From a virus (taxonomy: Duplodnaviria; Caudoviricetes): a stretch of DNA of 58,610 bases. The notes beneath the pieces are model-generated. The model searched no databases, was not told where the DNA came from, and saw only the letters and a list, made by a program, of their open reading frames with translations. This document shows positions 26,655-35,092 of this stretch, in pieces. The stretch spans positions 1 to 58,610 of IMG/VR virus record IMGVR_UViG_3300046007_005839, one strand, 5' to 3'. Numbering within the stretch: position 1 is the first letter of the stretch; each line of letters starts with the position of its first letter. Both the position numbers and the translations under genes were made by a program.

Positions 26655-27605
26655 TCACACTCTCCCGTGTTATGCGGGAGAGTGAACCTAGCACACACAA
26701 GCCCGGTTTAGATAATACAAAAAACCGGATTCAATAAAAGCATAGCGTGCCTTTGTGACTAACACTCCAAAGGAACGGCAATAATTCTTTAGAAGTAGCG
26801 TGAAGCTATTAAGGCAAAGTGTAAATTGCTTTAAGAGTCTAGGTAAATCGGTAGAAACGCATTTAACCTAGTAGCGGGAAAAGCTAAAGTGTTAAGAGAA
26901 ACACTAGAGAATCGGACAAAGTAGCTTTGTGGACATTGAATCCCTTTTGTTAAAGTAGGAATATTAAACCGGTTTTCTTTGTTTAATGTTAAGACCTTAA
27001 AATCAAACGCATTTACCAAAGAAACGTTAGAAGTTCAACTTACAAATTGCGGGATTTACTCGCGATTCTTCCTTGCGTGAATAGGAAAGGCTTTTGTTAG
27101 TAGTCTTTGTGAGGTTGTCTAGGTTCTACGATAGAACGAACCGATTAAATGCGGGACAACCAACCAAAGAAACGAAAACAAAAGCCCAATAGTCTTTGAG
27201 ACTAGTTTGCTTGGCTAGGCAATAGACCGGAAGCAAACTAAAAACGTGTTAGGTGCAACGCCTAATGACGGCTCTTTGCGTTAACCTTCCTTTGGTTTAA
27301 GAAACTGTCTAAAGGATTTAACATGACAGAAACGCAAAAAACAAAAGACTCTTTGTAGGTTACCATTGGTAGCTTGCCCAATGAAATAACCTCAAAAACT
27401 AAATCAAAAGCCTTGCGCTATTGCCTTGTCTTTTACAAGGAACTACAATAGGTGACTCGCAAGGCTTTTGCATTTAGTCTTTGCTTTGTAGTGTTGCGCA
27501 TTATCCACAACGCAATATCCACGTTTATAAATAACTCTATTCGAGTCTTCTCTTTCTTCAAACTATCCACACACTACAAGGCAAAGACTAGATGCAAAGT
27601 CTAGT
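26655..27605 (+). ncRNA. Candidate large structured non-coding RNA
   Basis: ~950 nt with no + strand ORF in the track, near-continuous hairpins and several long-range stems (see findings). Strand is inferred from flanking genes. Confidence 0.55.
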
Positions 27606-27613
27606 TCTTTGTT

Positions 27614-27844
27614 ATGCCCAAAACATACACCCAGAAAAAATTTGACAGATTTAACTCTGTCAATTTAGGCAAATACTTTGCCTCGAAGCAATCCAAAATG
27701 CACAAGCAACTTGTGCCTTTGTCAAAGCGCAACGCCAAGAAAGACAAGCAATCTGTCCACAAGGCAAAGGCTTGGCTCTGCCATAAACCAAGTGTCTCAC
27801 GTATTGTGAGAGCGACTGAGAAAAGTAAAATTGATTGGATTTGA
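27614..27844 (+). CDS. Basic hypothetical early protein
   Basis: 76-aa Lys-rich ORF at the head of the early gene run. Confidence 0.5.
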   Translation: MPKTYTQKKFDRFNSVNLGKYFASKQSKMHKQLVPLSKRNAKKDKQSVHKAKAWLCHKPSVSRIVRATEKSKIDWI

Positions 27845-27849
27845 TATTT

Positions 27850-27957
27850 ATGAAACAAAGACAGAAAGATGAATTGATTCTTATTATCGTTGGCTCTGTC
27901 ATATTGTTGACAGCGCTTTATTACTTTATCAAAGCCATCGTGGGCTTTGATAATTAA
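27850..27957 (+). CDS. Small single-TM protein (35 aa, not in ORF track)
   Basis: MKQRQKDELILIIVGSVILLTALYYFIKAIVGFDN fills the gap between neighbouring genes. Confidence 0.55.
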   Translation: MKQRQKDELILIIVGSVILLTALYYFIKAIVGFDN

Positions 27958-27968
27958 ACAACAAACAT

Positions 27969-28283
27969 ATGAAAATTACACTAGACAAACAAGAAGCCGA
28001 AAGATTGTTGTCTCATTACTTCTATCTCAAGCTTGACGAAGATGTCAAAGTTGAGATCTCCGACATGGAGCCTATTCGTGAGGTTCACGCCGTAACATAC
28101 ACGAGCCTTATGGTGCAAGATCTCTGGTCTGACCTTATGCAGCCATCGGACAAAGACGAAAGACTTGGGCCTGTGAAGATTCGCATGATGAAGCTCTTCA
28201 TGGGCTTGCATCTCAAGCTAACAGGTTATCCTTGCAGTCTTATTAACGCCAAGAACTTTATTGAGAGTCATAAAGCTTTTTAA
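27969..28283 (+). CDS. Hypothetical early protein
   Basis: 104 aa with AAACATATG start context. C-terminal SLINAKNFIE resembles L7/L12-CTD-like phage proteins. Confidence 0.7.
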   Translation: MKITLDKQEAERLLSHYFYLKLDEDVKVEISDMEPIREVHAVTYTSLMVQDLWSDLMQPSDKDERLGPVKIRMMKLFMGLHLKLTGYPCSLINAKNFIESHKAF

Positions 28284-28287
28284 TAAT

Positions 28288-28545
28288 ATGAACTGTGAAG
28301 ATTATCCATGCTGCGGCCATGAGCCGGGCGGTTGTCCTATTGTAGATCAGAATGGCGTTGCGCGTTATTCTTGTGCAACTTGTGGAGTTCTTATGCCTCC
28401 AAAGGCAAGGAGTGCCGTCTGTGAGCCTTGTCACAAGCGCTGGGCATTTGAGGAGTTCTCCGACGAGATGCCAGACAAGTATTATGAAGACGAGCCATCT
28501 GATTCTGACACAGGATGGGATTTAGGAAAGGAAGAAAGTTTATGA
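28288..28545 (+). CDS. Cys-rich (Zn-binding) hypothetical protein
   Basis: CEDYPCCGH...CATC...CEPC. Confidence 0.7.
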   Translation: MNCEDYPCCGHEPGGCPIVDQNGVARYSCATCGVLMPPKARSAVCEPCHKRWAFEEFSDEMPDKYYEDEPSDSDTGWDLGKEESL

Positions 28546-28802
28546 CAAATCGTTGCTTACGTTGTTTACAAATCATCGACAGCGATCGCAAAGCATTAGG
28601 CTTTGATCGCTGTATCAAATGTGCGCCACAATGGCAATACAAAGGCGCTCTCAACTTCGGCCACAAAACAGGCGGCTCTGTGCAACCAATGCATCCTGAT
28701 GCTTTTAAGGTGCATAAGCGTGTGACACATCGTTCTGCAAAAGGTACGAATGGCCGTGCTTTTCAGCAAGGTACTTGCGTAATCACAATAAAAGATGCAT
28801 AA
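28542..28802 (+). CDS. Zn-finger hypothetical protein (DksA/TraR-type C4-like)
   Basis: CLRC-QII--DR-ALG--RCIKC spacing. Confidence 0.6.
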   Translation: MTNRCLRCLQIIDSDRKALGFDRCIKCAPQWQYKGALNFGHKTGGSVQPMHPDAFKVHKRVTHRSAKGTNGRAFQQGTCVITIKDA

Positions 28803-28805
28803 CAT

Positions 28806-28979
28806 ATGATCATCATAATCCCATCACACATAAAGGGTTTCTACTCTTATTGTCTCGCGCCGGTTAGTTATACATTAGATGTTCATATCTACATACAGAA
28901 GCTCTTTGCAGAGAATCTTTTGTTTGTAGATTTCAACCTTACACAAGAAGAGATAGGCCAGATTCTCGGAGGTAATTGA
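28806..28979 (+). CDS. Small hypothetical protein (57 aa, not in ORF track)
   Basis: AACATATG start. Open to TGA at 28979, directly before the terminator. Confidence 0.45.
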   Translation: MIIIIPSHIKGFYSYCLAPVSYTLDVHIYIQKLFAENLLFVDFNLTQEEIGQILGGN

Positions 28980-28981
28980 GT

Positions 28982-29035
28982 CTCCACAAAGCACAAGCCC
29001 TTTAAGGAGGGCTTCTTTTTGTGGAGCTTTTTTTT
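28982..29035 (+). terminator. Intrinsic terminator of the early cluster
   Basis: CTCCACAAAG..AAGCCCT-TTAAGG-AGGGCTT..TTTGTGGAG followed by T8. Confidence 0.8.
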
Positions 29036-29051
29036 GTTGTCAAGAAATAAC

Positions 29052-29068
29052 TTGGCACTTCAAGAGCT
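29052..29068 (+). promoter_or_regulatory. sigma-54-type -24/-12 promoter
   Basis: TTGGCACTTCAAGAGCT = GG-N10-GC, just after a terminator and upstream of 29179. Confidence 0.75.
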
Positions 29069-29178
29069 TTATCCCTTTGCCGGTCCTGTTGGTGACTGTG
29101 CGATAATGTTAGCGGTTCAACGTAAAACCGTAAACATCCCAAAACAAACAACCAACAATTCAGAAAACATAAATCAAA

Positions 29179-29826
29179 ATGAGCACTAAGAACCTCGAAC
29201 TCGTCGCCTCCTTTGCCGGTAGCGTGTTCCAATCCGACGCCGACGGCAATCCTATCTTCGCCACGAGCGAGCGTCATGTCCGTAAGACTGCCAAGAGCGC
29301 AGAGCGCACCGTGTCGTTTCAGAAGCCCGTCTTGGCTGTGAGCGATCTCGCTTACTACATCAAGCGCGGCGAAGCTCTCGCTGAGATCCCGACCGAGCAC
29401 ATCACCAAAACCAAGAACGAAGACGGCTCGACGACCGAGACCAAGCGCATCTCGAATGCTCTCAGTGACTTGGTCGCCGATCATCTCAATGATATCGCCG
29501 AAGATGCTTCTGAGGCCTATCTCAGCAAGGGCAATACGCCCGATTACTTCGCCGCCTTTATCTACGGTGTCAGCGCCGACCGTGAGACTGAGAAGTCTGT
29601 CCTCAAGAAGATCGAGAGCATCCGCTCGGAGATAGGCTCCATTGTGTTCGCTCTCGCTGGCGAGTGGAACGACGACACTGCGCGTTCGTTGGGCGTGAGC
29701 GACAAGGACGCTGCGATCGCGAAGCAGTCCAACCTCATCGCCTCTCTGGCCCAGCTTCTCGCCAAGGCCAATGAGCTCAATGCCGCGAAGGCCAAGCGCG
29801 AGGCCAAGAAGACTGCGAAGGTGTAA
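29179..29826 (+). CDS. Hypothetical protein with Lys/Ala-rich C-terminal tail, probably highly expressed
   Basis: 215 aa with codon bias like the MCP gene. Bracketed by a promoter and a terminator. Confidence 0.8.
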   Translation: MSTKNLELVASFAGSVFQSDADGNPIFATSERHVRKTAKSAERTVSFQKPVLAVSDLAYYIKRGEALAEIPTEHITKTKNEDGSTTETKRISNALSDLVADHLNDIAEDASEAYLSKGNTPDYFAAFIYGVSADRETEKSVLKKIESIRSEIGSIVFALAGEWNDDTARSLGVSDKDAAIAKQSNLIASLAQLLAKANELNAAKAKREAKKTAKV

Positions 29827-29861
29827 TTTGTAGGAGTAATCAAAATACTCAACAAACAACA

Positions 29862-29900
29862 GAGCCTCTGTGGGAGCAATCTCACAGAGGCTTTTTCTTT
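29862..29900 (+). terminator. Intrinsic terminator
   Basis: AGCCTCTGTGGGA-GCAA-TCTCACAGAGGCT followed by TTTTCTTT. Confidence 0.85.
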
Positions 29901-29939
29901 AAGGTGTTCCAACTTTTGGCATCCCACAGGTGCCAAAAT

Positions 29940-29956
29940 TTGGCATACTTTAGGCT
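29940..29956 (+). promoter_or_regulatory. sigma-54-type -24/-12 promoter (rpoN/replication operon)
   Basis: TTGGCATACTTTAGGCT = GG-N10-GC, 34 bp before the rpoN ATG. Preceded by two more TTGGCA half-sites in alternating orientation. Confidence 0.65.
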
Positions 29957-29989
29957 CTATCGCAATAGTCTGCACCAACCATCAGACAA

Positions 29990-31282
29990 ATGAAATTCTC
30001 TCTCTCAATAAATCAAACTCAGAGTCTTATTCTGAGTCCACAACTCCAGCAATCTCTCGCGCTTCTACAAGCTCCTCTCTGTGAGCTTCATACCCTGATG
30101 GAGTCTTTCGTCGGAGATAATCCGTGCGTTGAACTCCTTGACCGAGAGATGCCTGAAGAAGAGATCTTGTTTAGGAATGACAAAGCAGAACTTCCACAAG
30201 ACATGCAGTGGACTTCTTCTTATAACCTTCCACCCAAGGAAGAATATCCGTTGGAGAATAACCCATCGCGCGGAGAGACTCTTGAAGAATACCTTGAGAG
30301 GGAATTGACAATCGCTTCTCACGATACGAGCATCATCCATCTACTCGACGAGCGGGGATTCTACATGGGCGATCTTGATAGCCTCACAACCCCACAAAGA
30401 GATGCTTTGCGTTTTATCCGCACTCTCGAACCAAAAGGCCTAGGCGCTTTGGGATTAGCAGATTGTCTTTGTCTCCAGCTAGATGAGAACTCACTAGCCT
30501 ATCGCATTCTTCAACAAGACGAAGACTTATTCACGCGCCGTCAGATTCCTCTCTTAAGCAAAAAATACAACGAGACCTTCACGACCATAGAGAATCTTTA
30601 CAAGTCTCTAGCAAAGCTTAAATACAACCCAGCCATAGAGTTCTCTGCCCCAACGCACACGCCAAAAGATCCAGAGATCTTTCTCGACAAAGATCTCACG
30701 ATCACGATCCCGAACGAGCGATTGCCTGTCTACAAAATCAATCAAGGCTATCTAAACTATCTCGATAAGCTCTCGCCGCAAGACAGAGAATACATCCGAG
30801 AGCGCGTAAAGCAGGGGAAGTTCTTGATTCGCTCGATCATGCAGAGGCAAAGCACTTTGTTTAATGTCACAAAGGCGATTGTAGATTATCAATCTGAGTT
30901 CTTCAAAACCGGAAATATCAAGGATCTCAAGCCTCTCATCATGGCGCAGATCGCCCTCGTGTGTGAGATCCATGAGACCACTGTCTCCCGCGCGGTCCAT
31001 AACAAATACATAAGCACACCAAAAGGGACATATGAACTTCGCTTTTTCTTCACCAGCGCAATCATCAACCATGAACAAAACACCATGCAGAGTAACCTAA
31101 GCATTAAGAATCAGATCGCAGAGATCATCTCGCGAGAGGACAAGTCTCGCCCTTTGAGTGATGAAGATATCGTTGTCCTATTAAAGAACACCATCGCTCG
31201 CCGCACAATCGCCAAATACAGAGCCGAACTAGGCATTCAACCATCTCACTTAAGAAAAGTCTATGCCTCCTCTTCAAAATGA
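29990..31282 (+). CDS. rpoN: RNA polymerase sigma-54 factor (phage-encoded)
   Basis: Region I LSPQLQQSLALLQ, core-binding LDERGF and LEPKGLGA...CLCLQL, HTH IHETTVSRAVHNKY, PLSDEDI, and RpoN box ARRTIAKYR. Confidence 0.97.
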   Translation: MKFSLSINQTQSLILSPQLQQSLALLQAPLCELHTLMESFVGDNPCVELLDREMPEEEILFRNDKAELPQDMQWTSSYNLPPKEEYPLENNPSRGETLEEYLERELTIASHDTSIIHLLDERGFYMGDLDSLTTPQRDALRFIRTLEPKGLGALGLADCLCLQLDENSLAYRILQQDEDLFTRRQIPLLSKKYNETFTTIENLYKSLAKLKYNPAIEFSAPTHTPKDPEIFLDKDLTITIPNERLPVYKINQGYLNYLDKLSPQDREYIRERVKQGKFLIRSIMQRQSTLFNVTKAIVDYQSEFFKTGNIKDLKPLIMAQIALVCEIHETTVSRAVHNKYISTPKGTYELRFFFTSAIINHEQNTMQSNLSIKNQIAEIISREDKSRPLSDEDIVVLLKNTIARRTIAKYRAELGIQPSHLRKVYASSSK

Positions 31283-31940
31283 AAACGAAGAAACAATCAC
31301 GAGCGAAGCCCTCTGGGGATTGCTCTTCCCAGCCTGTGCCTGTCATGTCGATACAGAGCGAGGTCACTTCATCCGACGAACTGCAGGGAATAATCTTGCC
31401 CATGCGATTGTTGCTACAAATGAAACAGCGGAGTGGGTCAAGGCTCACTGCGCAGGTGAGCATATCCATATACAGAGAATCGACGAAGATGGTCTCAGCT
31501 ACAGCGTCATCTGGGACTCGACCGAATGGAACCTTTCCGACGAACGCAGAAGAACACTTCGTGCAAACCACCTTGCCTCTGACATATCATTCCTCCATAA
31601 AAAAGCGCAGGAACTCAGGATCGAAATGATCGCCGACGCTTTATCAAAAGCTAAGTTATTCAACAAACAAAAAGCCTTCGAAGTAGCCGCCGCGATCACA
31701 TCGCAGGGCGAAGAAGTCTATCTCAATAAATCCCGCCAGCTCAACGACGCCCTTCGCGGGGCATTCAACAATATCAACTGTTACTTTCCCATTGAAGAAG
31801 TTCTCCGTATAGTAGACACAAGAAACATCCTAACCTATGAACAAAGCCCTACAACAGAAGACAATCAAAGAATCACTGCGCTTGAGGAAGAAGATGGACG
31901 CGGCCACGAAGAAGAACGTCCTGTTGAGACAGAAACTTGA
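31263..31940 (+). CDS. Hypothetical protein
   Basis: 225-aa ORF overlapping the end of rpoN. Confidence 0.65.
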   Translation: MPPLQNENEETITSEALWGLLFPACACHVDTERGHFIRRTAGNNLAHAIVATNETAEWVKAHCAGEHIHIQRIDEDGLSYSVIWDSTEWNLSDERRRTLRANHLASDISFLHKKAQELRIEMIADALSKAKLFNKQKAFEVAAAITSQGEEVYLNKSRQLNDALRGAFNNINCYFPIEEVLRIVDTRNILTYEQSPTTEDNQRITALEEEDGRGHEEERPVETET

Positions 31941-32142
31941 AGATGAGATGCTTTCTCTCCAGAAAAAACTAACCCCACTTCTTAACAAACGCGACGCGAT
32001 CAACAAGTGCTACACGCAACTTGACAAACCCACCGCGGAGAGTATCGTGTTCGGAGAGTACATCTCTCTTATCTCCCGCACGCCACAAGCATACGGCTTC
32101 AAGAACGCCGAAGAAGTGATCGCGAAGTTGATGGACCTATAA
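31837..32142 (+). CDS. Hypothetical coiled-coil protein
   Basis: 101-aa ORF leading up to the helicase start. Confidence 0.55.
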   Translation: MNKALQQKTIKESLRLRKKMDAATKKNVLLRQKLEDEMLSLQKKLTPLLNKRDAINKCYTQLDKPTAESIVFGEYISLISRTPQAYGFKNAEEVIAKLMDL

Positions 32143-32149
32143 TAACATT

Positions 32150-34318
32150 ATGAACATATTCTCAACGCCAAGCGGAGTAAAGAAAGCTCCTGTTCAAACC
32201 GAACAATATACAAGCAAAGAGGACAGACTACAACAGACCGCCCTCACGACCGCAAGATCGCAGGCGAAGAAGCTCACTGACCTCTATCGCCGTGAGCCTT
32301 TTGAGTGGGAGTTTCTGCAGCGTGAATTGAATCTCGCCACTATCCCATCCATCAAGCTCGACTATGCCACGCTGCTGGGGTTTCTACAGGGCTGGGTTAA
32401 TCAAGCGCCCTTGCGCCAACAACGAGAAGCTATTCGCCTCGCCGAGGAGGCCGCTCTTCGAGAAAAAAGAACCTACAGCACAATCGACATCAAGCTCCCA
32501 AACGGCCTAGACTTCAAGCCCCAGCAGAAGAAAGCTATCGCGGCCTTGCTCGATGTCTTGTACAAAGACAACCTCAACGGCGCACTTGTCCCACTCGGCA
32601 CCGGCAAAGGTAAGTCATGGATCGCCGCTGGTCTCGCACTGTGGCTACAGAAGCATGATCCGCAGAAGTTCTGTAACTTTCTCGGTCTCTTTCCGCCCAT
32701 CCTAATCATCACCAAGAAGTCTGTGGTGCTAGACTTCAGAGACACTCTCAAAAAACTAGGCCTTGAATCTGTCGGACTCGCTGTCGATGTATGGTCATAC
32801 AACGAAGTCTTCTCTACGAAGAACAAGAACTTCTTTAAGGAAGAAACCACGGAGATCTTCGGTCAGTCCACAAAGGTCATTCGTTTCAATCTCCCAGAAC
32901 AAGCAGCACCAAGACTCATCATTCTCGACGAGTGTCAAGAGATCAAGAAGGAGAAGTCAAAGCGCACTAAATATCTCGAAGCATTCCTTCAGTTCCCATC
33001 TATCAAATGGGTCTTCACATCGGCCACGCCCGCGGTCACAGTATGGGACACGATGTTCATGACCCTCGCAATGGGTGTGACTTATGGCGCTCGCCATGTC
33101 TCACGGGAAACCTTTCCCGAATTTGCACGCACTCTAACTCTCGGAGCAGATCCCCGTCAAGCTAACGCGGCCGCCCTCGAACGCTGGGGCGCAGCGATTG
33201 GGGATCGCTTTGTCAAGCCGCCGGGCGATCCTCAAAAGGTCAAGGCTCTTAACAAAGTCAAACTCTTCGAGATCACCGACGAGGCCAACAAGAACATGCT
33301 CAAGAACGCGATGAAGAATTATCTTGAGGCATTGGAAAGAACAGGCCGCTCAATAGATCCACAAGGTCAAGTCATGGTCGCCTTCATGGTCATGGCCCGA
33401 GCGGCAGAGCTTGCGACCGTAGACACATGGGTCGCCGACGCAATTCATGCCCATCAAAACGGCTACGCGCCAGTCATTGCCATTCGTTTCGTCGAGACTC
33501 TGAAGGAGCTTGTGATGAAGCTCTGTGAGTCTGAGTATTTCAAGAGTAAGAACCTCACAAAACAAAAAATCTCTCTAATCTGGGGCGGCAATCGAGAGAT
33601 CAAGCCCGAAGAACTCTTGCCCGAGACACGCGCCGCAGAGATCGCTGCGAAGATGGGCATGTGGATTCTCGACAATCCAGACGAGGCCCGTAAGCCTAAA
33701 GCAGATGACATCGGCATCACGAAGGAAGAGTTCCGCTCATTCCATAAGGGCATCAAGTACACCTCGGAGAGAATCTTCCGAGAGATGACGAAGGATGCAT
33801 TCGCCGCGAGGAATGAGAAGCTTCGAGAGATGAAGCTACACAATCAGAACCAGAAAGAACGCCACGAAAACGTGCAAGACTTTCTCAACGGCGCGACTGA
33901 GTTCTGTATCTATACCTTGTCAAGCGGTGGCACAGGTATCTCGCTCGACCATCGCTACGCCCACACTCGGCCGCGTGATGTCATGAGCACGATGACTTAT
34001 TGGGCAGAGGAATTTGCACAGGCACTTGGTCGCTGCGTGCGTATCACCACACTCACCGACACACGACAGAGTATCTATGTTCCCGAAGGCACAATCCTCA
34101 GCGACCACATGGCGCCGAAGTTGGCGAGGAAACTCAAGTCAGTCGATGCCATTGGCTCATCGAACGTGGACCTTGCAGGCGAGCTAGAGAAAGCCCTGCG
34201 CGACAAGGCCACTGTGATTAAACTAACCGCCGAAGATCTTACAGCCTCCGAGTCTTCAGGCGTCGTCGAGGTGGAGGAAGAAGATGACGATGAAGAAGAA
34301 CTTGTAGAGACTAACTAA
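32150..34318 (+). CDS. Superfamily 2 helicase
   Basis: GTGKGKS (motif I), ILDECQ (II), SAT (III), SGGTGISL (V), QALGRCVR (VI), and an acidic tail. Confidence 0.9.
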   Translation: MNIFSTPSGVKKAPVQTEQYTSKEDRLQQTALTTARSQAKKLTDLYRREPFEWEFLQRELNLATIPSIKLDYATLLGFLQGWVNQAPLRQQREAIRLAEEAALREKRTYSTIDIKLPNGLDFKPQQKKAIAALLDVLYKDNLNGALVPLGTGKGKSWIAAGLALWLQKHDPQKFCNFLGLFPPILIITKKSVVLDFRDTLKKLGLESVGLAVDVWSYNEVFSTKNKNFFKEETTEIFGQSTKVIRFNLPEQAAPRLIILDECQEIKKEKSKRTKYLEAFLQFPSIKWVFTSATPAVTVWDTMFMTLAMGVTYGARHVSRETFPEFARTLTLGADPRQANAAALERWGAAIGDRFVKPPGDPQKVKALNKVKLFEITDEANKNMLKNAMKNYLEALERTGRSIDPQGQVMVAFMVMARAAELATVDTWVADAIHAHQNGYAPVIAIRFVETLKELVMKLCESEYFKSKNLTKQKISLIWGGNREIKPEELLPETRAAEIAAKMGMWILDNPDEARKPKADDIGITKEEFRSFHKGIKYTSERIFREMTKDAFAARNEKLREMKLHNQNQKERHENVQDFLNGATEFCIYTLSSGGTGISLDHRYAHTRPRDVMSTMTYWAEEFAQALGRCVRITTLTDTRQSIYVPEGTILSDHMAPKLARKLKSVDAIGSSNVDLAGELEKALRDKATVIKLTAEDLTASESSGVVEVEEEDDDEEELVETN

Positions 34319-34620
34319 AACATATGAGCTATGAATGGAAACCAACAGGTGGCCCTAAGTGCCCGGGCTGTGGCCAACTGGAAACAATAAATCAATACAA
34401 GCATATCCAATGGCGCTGTGGATCTCGATGGACTGATGACGAGAAGACAGACTTCCTACAATCAAACCGCTGTCAACGCTATGAACTCGACACCTTGCAC
34501 GCAAAGATAAAACAACTATCAGACAACATCGAATCATATCAAAAAGAAATCAAACGACAAGAAGCGTTCAAATATATACCTCCAGTCGGTATAAGATTAA
34601 AGGACTAACTAAAACATATG
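34309..34620. repeat. 18-bp direct repeats flanking a single gene
   Basis: GACTAACTAAAACATATG at 34309-34326 and at 34603-34620. Confidence 0.9.
34324..34608 (+). CDS. Hypothetical Zn-ribbon protein
   Basis: CPGC...WRCGS...C followed by a coiled coil. Confidence 0.7.
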   Translation: MSYEWKPTGGPKCPGCGQLETINQYKHIQWRCGSRWTDDEKTDFLQSNRCQRYELDTLHAKIKQLSDNIESYQKEIKRQEAFKYIPPVGIRLKD

Positions 34621-34935
34621 CCCCTAAAAAAATCAACACACATCACACGCAGCAACTATTATCTCACGCTCGAAGAGAAACTAAAGATTCGAGACTACAT
34701 CCACGCACATCCCGGCATGCCTTATCAAAAGATCGGCGATCACTTTGGGATCTCGCGGGGCACAGTATCAAACATCAACCGCATTCCTTATCATAAGGAA
34801 CACTACGAGAAGATGATCTTTCAGTTGACGAATCATAACAACATTATCTCTGCAAACATGGCGGCAATGGGTAGACAAATCATATTACTAAAAAGAAAGC
34901 TACAAGAATATGAGCAAGTTCCACCAGCGCGGTGA
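34618..34935 (+). CDS. HTH DNA-binding protein
   Basis: LTLEEKLKI...PYQKIGDHFGISRGTVSNI. Confidence 0.8.
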   Translation: MPLKKSTHITRSNYYLTLEEKLKIRDYIHAHPGMPYQKIGDHFGISRGTVSNINRIPYHKEHYEKMIFQLTNHNNIISANMAAMGRQIILLKRKLQEYEQVPPAR

Positions 34936-35092
34936 ACAATACGTTAGTAAATACAAACTCGGCTCGCTCGACGAGGAGTATCTTAACAGAGAAGAGATGG
35001 CCGCCGCGCGCAAGGCTATCATGAATTACAAACTAAAAGATCCCGGGCCGTCTTTGTATAGAAAGAAACCTAAGAATAAAAAGAAAAAATGA
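34910..35092 (+). CDS. Small basic hypothetical protein
   Basis: 60 aa. Its stop overlaps the ATG of the activator gene. Confidence 0.6.
   Translation: MSKFHQRGEQYVSKYKLGSLDEEYLNREEMAAARKAIMNYKLKDPGPSLYRKKPKNKKKK

Noticed and set aside
26655-27605. tRNA cluster or self-splicing intron in the non-coding block
   Set aside because: No TTCGA T-loop cloverleaf, group II domain V or interrupted gene was recognised by eye. A covariance-model search is still needed.
28632-28646. TGGCAATACAAAGGC, another GG-N10-GC match
   Set aside because: Inside a CDS and lacks the Y before TGGCA. Several such matches are expected by chance.
29002-29859. 285-aa antisense ORF (likewise 18460-19206, 38623-39324, 40485-40994, 10877-11764)
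   Set aside because: Shadow ORFs opposite codon-biased real genes, with no motifs.
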